DNA of 64,000 bases from Gemmatimonadota bacterium (GTDB lineage: Bacteria; Gemmatimonadota; Gemmatimonadetes; Longimicrobiales; Gaopeijiaceae): NCBI GenBank assembly GCA_039589315.1, contig JBDHHQ010000006.1:32001-96000 (forward strand), given 5' to 3'. This document shows, in pieces, positions 41,758 through 51,540 of this stretch. Numbering within the stretch: position 1 is the first letter of the stretch; each line of letters starts with the position of its first letter. Position numbers and translations under genes: made by a program. The notes under the pieces were generated by a model that was not told the origin of the DNA, made no database searches, and saw only the letters and a program-made list of their open reading frames with translations.

Positions 41758-43343
41758 AGAAGGATCGCGGCCACGGCGGCGGTCATGAGGGCGGCCAGCG
41801 TACCACCGACCATGGCCCTGAGCCCGAGCTGGGCCAGGTCCGTCCGCCGTTCGGGGGCGATCTCGCCGATTCCGGCGATCTGCATGGCGATGGAGCCGAA
41901 GTTGGCAAAGCCCGCCAGCGCGTACGAGGCGATGGTCACCGAGCGTGGGCTGAGCTCACCCCCTGACGCGGTCAGGTCGGCGAGCTGGAGGAAGGCCACG
42001 AACTCGTTCAGGACGGTCTTGACACCGATGAGCTGCCCGACGGTGGCGCTCTCCGACCACGGCACGCCCACCATCCACGCCACGGGCTGGAGGGTCCAGC
42101 CCAGCATGCCGGAGAGAGTCAAGCCGGCGAGGCCGACCAGACCTCCCACCAGTCCCACCAGGGCGTCCAGGAGGTGCAGCAACGCCAGAAAGGCCAGCAG
42201 CATGGCGGCCACGCTCATGGCCAGAAGCAGCCCTTGTGCCGCGCCTCGAGCGGCCGCGTCGATCACGTTGACGTCGGTCCGCTCCACGTTCATGGCCAGC
42301 GACCCTGACGTAGCGGGCGCTCGCGTCTCGGGCAGCATGAGCTTGGCGACCACCAAGGCGGCCGGCGCAGACATCACCGACGCGGCGATGAGATGGCCGG
42401 CGATGCCCGGGAAGTAGGGGGAGAGCATGCCCACGTACGCTGCGAGTGTCCCTCCGCTGACGGTGGCGAATCCGCCGACCAGCAGCGCCATGAGCTCTGA
42501 TCGGGTCATGCCGGCGATGTATGGCCGCACGAAGAGGGGTGCCTCCATCAAGCCGACGAAGATGTTGCCCGCCGTCGCCAGCGTCTCGGCACCGGACGTG
42601 CCCATGGTGCGCTGCATGACCCAGGCGGCGCCGCGCACCAGGCGCTGCATGATCCCCAGGTGGTACAGCACCGCCATGAGGGACGACACGAAGATGATCG
42701 TGGAGAGCACGTTGAACGCGAAGAACGCGCCCGTGCGCCCGACGGTGCCATCGGCGGCAACCGGATCGTTGGTGCCGGCCGTGCCCGCGCCTACCGGGAC
42801 GTTGTTGTAGATGAGGTTACCGAAGATGAACCGCGCGCCCTCCTCGGAGAAGTCGAGGACTCCGTGGAGCACGTGGTCGACGCCCTGGAAGAACCCCTCA
42901 CCTACCGGGGTGCGGAGGACGAAGAGGGCGAAGCCGAACTGGAGGGCGAGCCCCCAGAGCACGACCCGCCACGGCACAGGCCTGCGGCCACCGCCCAACG
43001 CCCACGCGAGGCCGGCGAGCAGACACAGCCCGAGAGCCGCCCGGACCCGGGGTCCCCATGGAGCCGGCCCGGACTGCGCTGCGGAGGAAGTGGCCGTGGT
43101 CGGGCCTCCGTCGGCCACCGGTTCACTCCGGGTGGCGGGCGGCCGGACGGCGGGCGAGGGGCCTGCTCGATTGGCGAGCCGCGCCCCGGACACCACCGAA
43201 GAGGGGGCCCACGCCTCCGCCCCCCGGCCATCCGGGCCCACCACGGCCGAGGCCGCCGCCAGTGTGGTGGCGCCCCAGGCCGCAGCGATGACGACTGCCG
43301 TCAGAAGGATCCTCGCGCCGACCCGGCGCCGGGACGAATCCAC
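41754..43343 (-). CDS. nupC: Concentrative nucleoside transporter (CNT, NupC family) with an N-terminal extension
   Basis: WGLALQF, FAFNVL.TIIF.SSL..VLYHLG, GTSGAE, NIFVG..EAP, ASVMSAPA, LNEFVAF, GFANFGSI. Confidence 0.9.
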   Translation of the reverse strand: MDSSRRRVGARILLTAVVIAAAWGATTLAAASAVVGPDGRGAEAWAPSSVVSGARLANRAGPSPAVRPPATRSEPVADGGPTTATSSAAQSGPAPWGPRVRAALGLCLLAGLAWALGGGRRPVPWRVVLWGLALQFGFALFVLRTPVGEGFFQGVDHVLHGVLDFSEEGARFIFGNLIYNNVPVGAGTAGTNDPVAADGTVGRTGAFFAFNVLSTIIFVSSLMAVLYHLGIMQRLVRGAAWVMQRTMGTSGAETLATAGNIFVGLMEAPLFVRPYIAGMTRSELMALLVGGFATVSGGTLAAYVGMLSPYFPGIAGHLIAASVMSAPAALVVAKLMLPETRAPATSGSLAMNVERTDVNVIDAAARGAAQGLLLAMSVAAMLLAFLALLHLLDALVGLVGGLVGLAGLTLSGMLGWTLQPVAWMVGVPWSESATVGQLIGVKTVLNEFVAFLQLADLTASGGELSPRSVTIASYALAGFANFGSIAMQIAGIGEIAPERRTDLAQLGLRAMVGGTLAALMTAAVAAILL

Positions 43344-43523
43344 GGAGCGGCCTCCGGGTAGTAGCCAGGTGGAAGGGCGGAACGGATCGGAACAGTGGCG
43401 GTCCAGGTCACGGTACCGGTCGCGGGGTCAGACAAATTGGGCTGAAGACCCGGAAGGCGCCACGGGTCCTTGTCTGGCTCCCGGTGCCACTGCCACGGAG
43501 GCGACAATGGAGAGAGTCCAGCA

Positions 43524-43682
43524 ATGAGTCAGAGGGGGCTGCTTGCCGAGCTCTGGGCGTTCATGCGGGTCCGGAAGAAGTGGTGGTTGGCTCCGGTCCT
43601 GATCGTCCTGGTTCTGGTCGGTGCCTTGCTGGTATTCGCTCAGACGTCGGCGCTGGCGCCGTTCATCTATACGATCTTCTAG
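43524..43682 (+). CDS. DUF5989 (SxtK-like) small membrane protein
   Basis: ELWAFMRVRKKWWLAP...SALAPFIYTIF. Confidence 0.85.
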   Translation: MSQRGLLAELWAFMRVRKKWWLAPVLIVLVLVGALLVFAQTSALAPFIYTIF

Positions 43683-43769
43683 CGGCCACAGGCGGCCCGG
43701 ACCATCTGCCCGTGGCCGACTCGCTCGCTGGTGCCAGAGCCCCCACGACCGGACTGCCGGCGGCCCGCC

Positions 43770-46208
43770 TCAGGTCACGGGGGTCGTCTTCTTCTTGAGG
43801 ACGAAGAGACCTTCCCGCATGCTGGTCACGACGATGACCCCGCTCTGGAAGTACGGGTAGTTGCTCCAGGATCCGGCGAAGCCGGGAGCGTCCTCACCAA
43901 CCGACACCGTGTCGAAGTACCCCACCTCTTCGGGGTTCTCCGGGTCCGAGATATCCAGGATCCTCAGCCCGCTCGTGTAGTTGGACTGATACATGAGGTC
44001 GCCCTGGACATACAGGTTGTGGTCCGACGCGGAATTGCTGCCGAGATGCTCGTTCACCAGGATCGGATCGTCCAGATCGGCGATGTCCCAGACCAGGGTG
44101 CGGGTCCTCTCGACGGCGCCCGCCAACTCGTCGAGCTCGTCGTTCATGTAGAAGTAGCGGTGGTCGTCCGACACCCAGCCCTGGTGGAGGTAGGCGGAGT
44201 TCGGATACGCTGCCGAGGCCACGGCGATGGGGTTGGCCTTGTCGGACACGTCCGAGATGCTCAGAGCGTTCTCGTTGGCCCCGAAGCAGATCTCGCTGCC
44301 GGCGTAGTCCTCGTCGGGACCCTCGTACGCGATGCACTGGGCATCGTGGCTGTAGCCGGTGGAGGCAAGGCCCGTGTTGGAGTCGGAGAAGCACCCCGCG
44401 AACACCAAGCTCCCGGGCTCGCGGATGTCGATCATGTGAAGCCCTCCCCCGCACGTCTGTCCCCCGCCGCTGGCCCCCACCACGTAGGCGAACCCGGTGT
44501 CCTCGTTGATCACGATGTTGTGCGCGCTGTAGATCCCGTCGTAGTGGGCGGTCTCCTCGAAGACAACAGGCTCCGCTCCCACGTCCCGCAGCTGGGTGAG
44601 GTCGAAGACCTGCACACCGTGGGCGCCTGCGTTGTCGGCGACCACGAACGCGTGGTCTCGGTAGACCTTCACGTCGCGCCACATGTTGGCGATCGCGCCC
44701 TCGTGGAGGGGGAGCTCACCCAGATACACCGGGTTGGCGGCGTCGCTCACGTCGACGAACGCTGTGCCGTCGTTCCGGCCCACGATGGCGTACTCGCGAC
44801 CCGTCTCGGGGTCGGTCCATCCCCAGATGTCGTTCACGATCACGCCCCGCTCGCCCCCCAGGCCCTGCACCGGGACGAAGGCCACGAGGTCCACCTCCTC
44901 GCACGTGAACGACCGGGCCGTGCCTGACTGGCACTCGACGGGCCCACCCACGACGGCCTCCATCCCGCCGCTCTCGTCGAAGAGCTCCGCCCCGCTGGCC
45001 CACTCCCGCGTGGCGGGATCCAGGGCGTAGACATGCCCCGTGCCCTCAAAGAAGGCCTCTCCCGGGGCCCCGATGACCGCCACGTCACCTTCTGCGGCCA
45101 GGGCCTGTCCGAAGAATGCGAAGGGGGAGCCGAAGTCGATCTGTTGGACCTGCGTCCACGTTCCGGCGTCGGAGGGGCGGAACACGAAGGCGCCACCTGC
45201 TCCACCGCCGAGGAGGGGTGCGCCGAGGAACAGGTCGGTCTCGGAGAACGCCATCGAAAGCCCCGCCAGGGACTGGGGTGGGGCGTTCTCGGGCGCGATG
45301 ATCTCCCGCTGACCCCACTGTCCCGTCGCGTCGTCCGCCGCGAACCGGAACGCGCCGCCCGCGAACTGGTTGGCCAATGGTGCGGTGGCGAAGACGTGAC
45401 CGTCCCGAACGGCAACGGCCCAGCCCAGAGCGCCAGGGCCGGGGTCGGCGGGCCGAAGGTCGGCCACCGGGTTCCAGCCGTCGTCGTCCCGCTGGAAGAT
45501 GTGGACGGATCCGGGCAGGATCGTAGGCGGATTGGGGTCGGGAATCAGACTGATCATGTCTCCGGGCGCACCGGCGGCCAGAAGGCCGTCGGCCACGGCC
45601 AGCGCACTGCCGAACCGCGCGCCATCGGCGGCTTCCGCCGGCGTGAGCTCGGCTCCCCGGCTCCAGGTCCCGTCCTGACCCAGCGCGTACGCGATGACGC
45701 GGCCGGCGGGAGCCCGGTCGGGAGACGAGATCAGGGCCACGCCGTCCTCGAGGGCCACCGCCGAGCCGAATCCCTCCCCTTCCTCTCCGTCCTCGGGTGC
45801 GAGGCGCGTCACCTCGCGCCAACTCCCGTCCGGGGTACGCTGAAAGACCCAGGCCGCCCCAGCGCGGCCGGCCCGGGGCGCACCGACGAGCAGCAGGCCG
45901 CCGTCGACGGCCAGGGCGTCGCCGAACCCGATGCCGAGCTCCGCCCCGGTCGGTGACACCGTCGCGGACTCCACCCACTCACCGCCTCGGGGCACGAAGA
46001 CGTGCACCGCACCGGGCCGGTTGGCCGGCAGCGGGAACGCCCCCACTTCACCCGGTTGGCCGACGAAGAGCTCCCCGTCGTGGAACACGACGGTAGCGGC
46101 AAACGCGCCGGCCGAGACAGACGGGATACGCGACGATATGGACTGGGCGGCGGCCGGGGCGGCCAGCCCCAGCGCCAGCATGACTGCGACAGTCACGGAC
46201 CCCTGCAT
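43770..46208 (-). CDS. Choice-of-anchor-B domain protein with N-terminal FG-GAP repeats, exported (paralogue 1)
   Basis: Signal peptide; FG.A.A...GAP repeats; NDIWGWTDPETGREYA, WRDVKVY, SAHNIVINE, YSHDAQC, HQGW, DHNLY, GSWSNYPYF. Confidence 0.9.
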   Translation of the reverse strand: MQGSVTVAVMLALGLAAPAAAQSISSRIPSVSAGAFAATVVFHDGELFVGQPGEVGAFPLPANRPGAVHVFVPRGGEWVESATVSPTGAELGIGFGDALAVDGGLLLVGAPRAGRAGAAWVFQRTPDGSWREVTRLAPEDGEEGEGFGSAVALEDGVALISSPDRAPAGRVIAYALGQDGTWSRGAELTPAEAADGARFGSALAVADGLLAAGAPGDMISLIPDPNPPTILPGSVHIFQRDDDGWNPVADLRPADPGPGALGWAVAVRDGHVFATAPLANQFAGGAFRFAADDATGQWGQREIIAPENAPPQSLAGLSMAFSETDLFLGAPLLGGGAGGAFVFRPSDAGTWTQVQQIDFGSPFAFFGQALAAEGDVAVIGAPGEAFFEGTGHVYALDPATREWASGAELFDESGGMEAVVGGPVECQSGTARSFTCEEVDLVAFVPVQGLGGERGVIVNDIWGWTDPETGREYAIVGRNDGTAFVDVSDAANPVYLGELPLHEGAIANMWRDVKVYRDHAFVVADNAGAHGVQVFDLTQLRDVGAEPVVFEETAHYDGIYSAHNIVINEDTGFAYVVGASGGGQTCGGGLHMIDIREPGSLVFAGCFSDSNTGLASTGYSHDAQCIAYEGPDEDYAGSEICFGANENALSISDVSDKANPIAVASAAYPNSAYLHQGWVSDDHRYFYMNDELDELAGAVERTRTLVWDIADLDDPILVNEHLGSNSASDHNLYVQGDLMYQSNYTSGLRILDISDPENPEEVGYFDTVSVGEDAPGFAGSWSNYPYFQSGVIVVTSMREGLFVLKKKTTPVT

Positions 46209-46316
46209 TCGTTCCTCCGACGATTCCGGGTCTGTAGCGTGGCGCCCGGGGGCCCCACGATGGACGGGAAGCGCTGAATCTCATCGGGGAGACCGGTCAC
46301 GTAAAGGCCACGGCGC

Positions 46317-48443
46317 CTAGCCCTCGCCCTCCCGGCGGACCCGGGCTTGCACGATGATCTCCCCTTCGAGGACGCGGTCCACCACGTCCATGCCGCGGAT
46401 GACCTCGCCGAAGACCGTGTACTGGTGGTCGAGGCGCAAGTTGTCCACCAGGTTCACGTAGATCTGGGCATCGCCGGTGTCCCGGCCCCTGGTGGAGAGC
46501 CCGACGGCGGCCCGCCAATTGCCCGCGAGGCCCACCTCGTCCCGGGTGTACGGCCCGTCGCCCCAGTACTCGTTCGCCCCGGGACTCCCGCCCTGGATCA
46601 CGAAGTTGGGCGCCACCCGGTGGAAGGTCAGGCCGTCGAAGTACCCCTCTCTCGTCAGGCGGGCGAAACGCGCGGCGTTGGTGGGGGCCAGATATGGAAA
46701 GAGCCGGATCTCGATCTGTCCGCCGCTGTCCATGTCCAGAACCACGGTCGAGCGGGCCAGCTCGGCGAGCTCGGCCGGGCCGGGAACCGCCGACAGGGGC
46801 AACGGAACGGGCTCCGGCGTGTGAGGCTCGCCGGTCCAGTCGGTCAGCAGCTCGGCGGCCCGGCCGGCGATCACGGGATCGAAATCGACGAGGTAGGGAA
46901 CGACGTCGGCGGTGCGGGTCGGGTCGCCCAGCTCGCCCAGCCGCTCCAGGAGGGCTGCGCGGACGTCCCGGGAGGTGTCCCGACGTTGCTCCGTGAACCG
47001 GGACAGCGCTTCCAGGAGGGCCGGTACCGCGGCCGCTCGCTGCGGGCTGCCGGCCAACAGGCCCGCCGCGGTCATGACCAGCTGAGGGTCGTCGGCGGAC
47101 AGCTGTCCGACCAGAACCGGATCGGCACCGTGGCCCAGGGCGGCCACGAGCTCGCGGATCGCCGCCAGCCGAACGTTGGGGTGGGGGTCCCGGGCCAACT
47201 CCCTAAGGAGCGCTTCGTCGCTTCGAGCGGCTGCGGCTGGGGCGGCGTAGGCCCGGGCGAACGGGCTCCGGTGCCGGGAGAGCACGACTACGGCGCTACC
47301 GGCCTCGTGGGGCGCCACGGTGGCCAACGCCGCGACGGCGTGAGCCCAGCGGTGCCATGACCTGCCGGGGTCGGGGACGTCCGCGGCCCCACGTGCCAGG
47401 ACGTCGAGTTGCCCTGCGGCCTCCGGGCACGGCTCGGCCAGCTCGTCCAGCGCCAGCAGCGCCACGTGGTCGTCGGTGTCGGAGGCTGCCCTGAAGAGCG
47501 GCTCGCAGCCCATTGAAGCGCGCAGTGCGGCCGCGGTGCGGAGCGCTTCCCAACGCACCCTGGGTGCCGAGTCGATGAGGGCCCGACCGAGGAGCTCGAC
47601 CGGATCGGCCAGGGCGGCGAGACCACGGGCCGCAACGCGCCGCACCTCGTGGTCCGGGTCCGAGAGCCCGGTCGCCAGCACCGATCGCTCCGGCGTCGTG
47701 CTGCCGGCCGTGTACGCCAGGAGCGCCGCACGGCGGACCCGCGCGGCGGCGAGCCCTGCGGCGGTTGTGGGTCCGGACTGCCGTGCGTCCGACCCTCCGG
47801 AGGTCCGTCCCCACTGAGCCAACTCCGCCAGTGCGGCTCGCGTGTCGGCGTCGAACGCACGAAGCGTGCTCCCCCTTCGGGCCAACGATTCGAGGCCTCG
47901 GGCCAATGCCAGGCCTCGCGCGTCCGCGGCCGTCGTCCCCGCCTCACCGGCTGGTTGGGCCAGGAGGTCTACGAGCACGCGCTCCGCCTGGGCGTGGGCT
48001 TCGGCCCCGTCGTACGCCAGCCTGCCCAGCGTCTGGCCGTAGACCGCCTGGACGACTGGATCCCGCTCACCGGCGAGGCCCTGGATCAGGGCCGTCCACG
48101 CTGCCGGCCATCCCTCGTTCCAGGACGCCTGTCCGATGGCGTTGACCGCCTCGGCCCGGACGCCGGCGTCCGGGTCGTCGAGCGCCCCGGATAGCGTCCC
48201 GATCCAATCACTGCGCTCGTACCGCCCCAGGGTCCGGACCGCGACACGTCGGACCGCGGCGCTGTCATGGGCCAGGGCCTCCCGCATGACCGCCATAGCT
48301 TCAGGGGAGTCGTCCCGGGCGTCCTCGAGGGACCGGAGGGCGCGGAGGATCTCGGCACCGGCGTCCTCGTCCGAGCCCGACTCGGGCGGCGAGCAGGCCG
48401 CGAAGATCAGTGGCAAGACGAGAATCCAGGGGCGCTTCGGCAT
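46317..48443 (-). CDS. HEAT-repeat lipoprotein with C-terminal cyclophilin-type PPIase domain
   Basis: Lipobox FAAC; D....VR..A..ALG repeats; FDGLTFHRVAPNFVIQGG, YTVFGEVIRGMDVVD. Confidence 0.9.
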   Translation of the reverse strand: MPKRPWILVLPLIFAACSPPESGSDEDAGAEILRALRSLEDARDDSPEAMAVMREALAHDSAAVRRVAVRTLGRYERSDWIGTLSGALDDPDAGVRAEAVNAIGQASWNEGWPAAWTALIQGLAGERDPVVQAVYGQTLGRLAYDGAEAHAQAERVLVDLLAQPAGEAGTTAADARGLALARGLESLARRGSTLRAFDADTRAALAELAQWGRTSGGSDARQSGPTTAAGLAAARVRRAALLAYTAGSTTPERSVLATGLSDPDHEVRRVAARGLAALADPVELLGRALIDSAPRVRWEALRTAAALRASMGCEPLFRAASDTDDHVALLALDELAEPCPEAAGQLDVLARGAADVPDPGRSWHRWAHAVAALATVAPHEAGSAVVVLSRHRSPFARAYAAPAAAARSDEALLRELARDPHPNVRLAAIRELVAALGHGADPVLVGQLSADDPQLVMTAAGLLAGSPQRAAAVPALLEALSRFTEQRRDTSRDVRAALLERLGELGDPTRTADVVPYLVDFDPVIAGRAAELLTDWTGEPHTPEPVPLPLSAVPGPAELAELARSTVVLDMDSGGQIEIRLFPYLAPTNAARFARLTREGYFDGLTFHRVAPNFVIQGGSPGANEYWGDGPYTRDEVGLAGNWRAAVGLSTRGRDTGDAQIYVNLVDNLRLDHQYTVFGEVIRGMDVVDRVLEGEIIVQARVRREGEG

Positions 48444-48749
48444 ACGGGCGGTCCTGGCTGCGGGGATCGGATGATGCTCCTTGATAGGGGAAGTAGGCGG
48501 TGGGGGCAAACGGCTCCGCGCTCATGGGGATCCCCTCCAGGCGGCCCCGGCACGGAAGGCGTCCGGTGCGGAGCCATTTCGTCGCATTTCATGAATGAGC
48601 GGGTGCTCGCCAGCACGGGTCTGTCCCGGACACTGGGCCCGTGTTAGGCTATGTGCTGAACACGCCGCGGTGCTCGAGGTAGGTGACGGCAGACGCGCGA
48701 ACGAGGCGCCCTGGAAGGCCAGGTGGACCATCCAGCGGGGGAGAGCACA

Positions 48750-49268
48750 ATGGAGTTGGCCAGGCACGCCATCGGAGAGGGTCGGTCACGCATAGGTCCG
48801 GGCGCGGCTGCCCGGGGTGCAGCCGTCCCGGCGGACGCCCGGAGCGCACGGCCCGGCCGCGCCGAAGCCGTCGAGCCGGTGCGCGGGGTGCGTCGGATCG
48901 TGACGCTCAGCGCCGGATGGATCAGCTTGGCACTCGGCTTCCTCGGCGTCTTCCTGCCGTTGCTGCCGACGACGTGTTTCGTTCTCCTGGCTGGAGTCTG
49001 CTTCGCGCGAACCTCGCCCAGAGCGCATCGTTGGCTCTACCACAACCGGCTCTTCGGCCGGCACCTCACGTCCTACCGGGACGATCGTTCCGTGCCCATG
49101 GGGTTGAAGGTCGGATCGCTGACGCTCCTGTGGCTCACGGTGGGAGGCAGCGCCCTGGCCATCGACGGTCCCGGCTGGGTTCGGTTGACGCTGGTCGCCA
49201 TCGCGGTGGCCGTGACCGTGCATGTCGTGAGTCTGCAGACGCGGAAGGCCGCTCGCTCCAGGCCGTAG
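48750..49268 (+). CDS. YbaN/DUF454 family membrane protein
   Basis: LG.LGVFLPLLPTTCF.LLA..CFARTSP....WL..NRLFG. Confidence 0.85.
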   Translation: MELARHAIGEGRSRIGPGAAARGAAVPADARSARPGRAEAVEPVRGVRRIVTLSAGWISLALGFLGVFLPLLPTTCFVLLAGVCFARTSPRAHRWLYHNRLFGRHLTSYRDDRSVPMGLKVGSLTLLWLTVGGSALAIDGPGWVRLTLVAIAVAVTVHVVSLQTRKAARSRP

Positions 49269-49327
49269 GCCCACCGGGTGGACCCCATTCCTGATCCTTC
49301 GCCCCCAGGCAGCCGCCGAGTCATCGC

Positions 49328-50050
49328 GTGACCGTCTTGGATCTCGCCCAATCGGGCGGACTTTCGGACACCCTTGCCAACAGTCCTGTCCTGGCTTCTG
49401 TGACGCTGTTCGGGGCCGGTGTGCTGACGAGCCTCACGCCGTGCATCTACCCCATGATCCCCATCACCGCTTCGGTGCTGGCGGGCACGGCGGGAGACGA
49501 GCCCTCGCGCAGGCGGACGGTGGGCCTGACCCTGACATACGTGACGGGCTTGGCCCTCTTCTACGCCGTCCTGGGTCTCATGGCAGGGCTCACCGGGAGC
49601 CTGTTCGGCACGGTGAGCGCGAATCCGTGGGTGCGTTTCGCCACCGGCAACGTGCTTCTGCTCTTCGCCTTGGCCATGCTGGACGTGATCCCCCTCTCCG
49701 CTCCACAACGGCTCCTCAATTGGGCGGGAAACCTCGGGGGTGGATCGTACCCCGCGGTCTTCTTGCTGGGCGCCACGTCCGGCATCGTGGCCGCTCCGTG
49801 CGGCGCGCCCGCGTTTGCCGTGGTGCTCACGTGGGTGGCGGCGACCGGCGCCGGGGTCATGGGTTTCTTGTATCTGTTCGTCTTCTCCCTGGGGATGACG
49901 GCCCTACTGGTGGTGGTGGGCCTGTTCTCCGGCACGCTGGCTCGCTTGCCTCAGGCCGGTCGCTGGACCGGATGGATCAAGAAGAGCGCAGGAGTGATAA
50001 TGCTTGGCGTGGCCCAGTACTACTTCGTGCTGACGGGAATGGGACTGTGA
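49328..50050 (+). CDS. ccdA: CcdA/DsbD-beta transmembrane electron transporter
   Basis: GVLTSLTPCIYPMIP and AAPCGAP (the two catalytic Cys); FSLGM; 6 TM segments. Confidence 0.9.
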   Translation: MTVLDLAQSGGLSDTLANSPVLASVTLFGAGVLTSLTPCIYPMIPITASVLAGTAGDEPSRRRTVGLTLTYVTGLALFYAVLGLMAGLTGSLFGTVSANPWVRFATGNVLLLFALAMLDVIPLSAPQRLLNWAGNLGGGSYPAVFLLGATSGIVAAPCGAPAFAVVLTWVAATGAGVMGFLYLFVFSLGMTALLVVVGLFSGTLARLPQAGRWTGWIKKSAGVIMLGVAQYYFVLTGMGL

Positions 50051-50664
50051 AAGACGAACACGCTGCGATGGAGCTGGAGCGAGTGTGCTCGTCGGGCGCC
50101 ACGGGCCATCGGACCCTTCAGGCCTCTCCGTGGTCGTGGCTCCGGTGGCCGGTGCGGGTGACCCTGCTCCATCTGGCTCTGGTCCTTCCCGCGGCGATCG
50201 TCCCCGCGAGTCCCCTGGCCGCCCAGGAGCGGGGCGAGCTGGGGATCGCCGTGGGCTCCACCGTGGCGCCCGTGGTCGTCGAGGATCTGGACGGCAATCC
50301 GGCCGATCTGGGCGAGTACCTGGGGCAGGGCCCCATGCTCCTGGAGTTCTGGGCCAGCTGGTGCGAGAACTGCAGGGCGCTCCAACCCCGCATGGATGCT
50401 GCCCACGCAGCCTGGGGAGATCAGGTGGCCTTCGTGGCCATCGCGGTAGCCGTGAACCAGACACCGCGGCGGGTGCGGCGGCACATCGACAAGGAGCCGA
50501 TCCCGTATGCCGTGCTCTGGGACGACGGCGGTGGGGCGGTCCGTGCCTTCTTTGCGCCTGCGACCTCCTACGTGGTGGTCCTGGACTCGGCGGGCACCGT
50601 GACGTACACGGGTATCGGCCCCGACCAGGACATCGACGCCGCGGTTCGGACCGCTCTGGACTGA
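50047..50664 (+). CDS. TlpA/ResA family periplasmic disulfide reductase
   Basis: LLEFWASWCENC, cis-Pro loop APATS; GTGA-coupled to ccdA; signal peptide. Confidence 0.9.
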   Translation: MKDEHAAMELERVCSSGATGHRTLQASPWSWLRWPVRVTLLHLALVLPAAIVPASPLAAQERGELGIAVGSTVAPVVVEDLDGNPADLGEYLGQGPMLLEFWASWCENCRALQPRMDAAHAAWGDQVAFVAIAVAVNQTPRRVRRHIDKEPIPYAVLWDDGGGAVRAFFAPATSYVVVLDSAGTVTYTGIGPDQDIDAAVRTALD

Positions 50665-50748
50665 GCCTACTGCCTGTCCGGGGGTCCTGGCCGGCGACGC
50701 CACGGCGGCTGCCGACGTCCGCTTCTACCCGGCTGCCGAATGGCGCTT

Positions 50749-51399
50749 CTAGCAGTCTCCGGGTGACAGTGTCCGTTGAAGCAGCAGGGCCAGGTCCACG
50801 CCGTCCCGACCGACCTCCTCCTCCTGCTCGAGCTCCGGCGCGACCGCGGCTACCGCCGCCGCCAATTCGTCGTAGGCGGTCGGATCGATCTCACGGAAGG
50901 GAGAGGCCGTGAACGCCACCCGGCCCTCGGGGTCCAGCACCGCCACCATGCGGGAGCCGGCCGAGCCACTCTCCCTCACCCCCACGCCGAGCTTCCGGAA
51001 GGAGTCCCCGTCGGGATCGGACGCGAACAACATGGGGAAGTCGGCATCCCGGGCCCAGGACGCGAGCTCATCGATGGGGTCCCTGCTTATGGCGATCACG
51101 GTGACGCCGCGCCCACCGCGGAAGATCGTAGCGTACTGATCACGGTACGCTTCCATTTGGATCGTTCACCCACGCGTTCGAGCACGGAAGAAGAACGCGA
51201 GCACGACGGCGTCGCCCCGGAAGTCGCTGAGCCGCACCGGATCGGCCAGAATCCCGTAGCGAGTGGCTCCCGGAAGCTCGAAGTCGGGTGCCATCGTACC
51301 GACAGCGATCGGATCCGGGTCGACGGCTTGCGCGCTCAGGGGAACGACGACAGCGCAGAGCGCGGCCGCGATGAGCAGTGCTGTGCGGAAGAGGCGCAT
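50749..51399 (-). CDS. Exported peroxiredoxin (AhpC/TSA, BCP-like) selenoprotein, Sec78
   Basis: Signal peptide, VGTMAPDFEL, LSDFRG..VVLAFFFRARTRG-TGA-TIQMEAYRDQY, VIAISRD, FASD, R....DPEG.V. The two ORF-track pieces are in one frame, and the TGA is at the TxxC peroxidatic position. Confidence 0.85.
51130..51151 (-). promoter_or_regulatory. Candidate bacterial SECIS element 1
   Basis: AGCGTAC-CGTGATCA-GTACGCT, starting 15 nt after the TGA; GU at +23/+24. Confidence 0.65.
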
Positions 51400-51540
51400 G
51401 GGCTGGTCCAGCTGGAGTGTCAGTTGGGCGGGCAACGCGTCAGTATAGGGCCTGGACGACGGCGCCGGCTACCACCAGCGCGACAACCTGCGCGTGACGC
51501 AGAGGCTGCTGGAAGATCTGGGTAGCCACGATCCCCATCC

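Noticed and set aside
43440..43470. CCGGAAGG loop resembling SRP RNA
   Set aside because: The flanking CAGG and AGCAG of the SRP helix-8 motif are absent.
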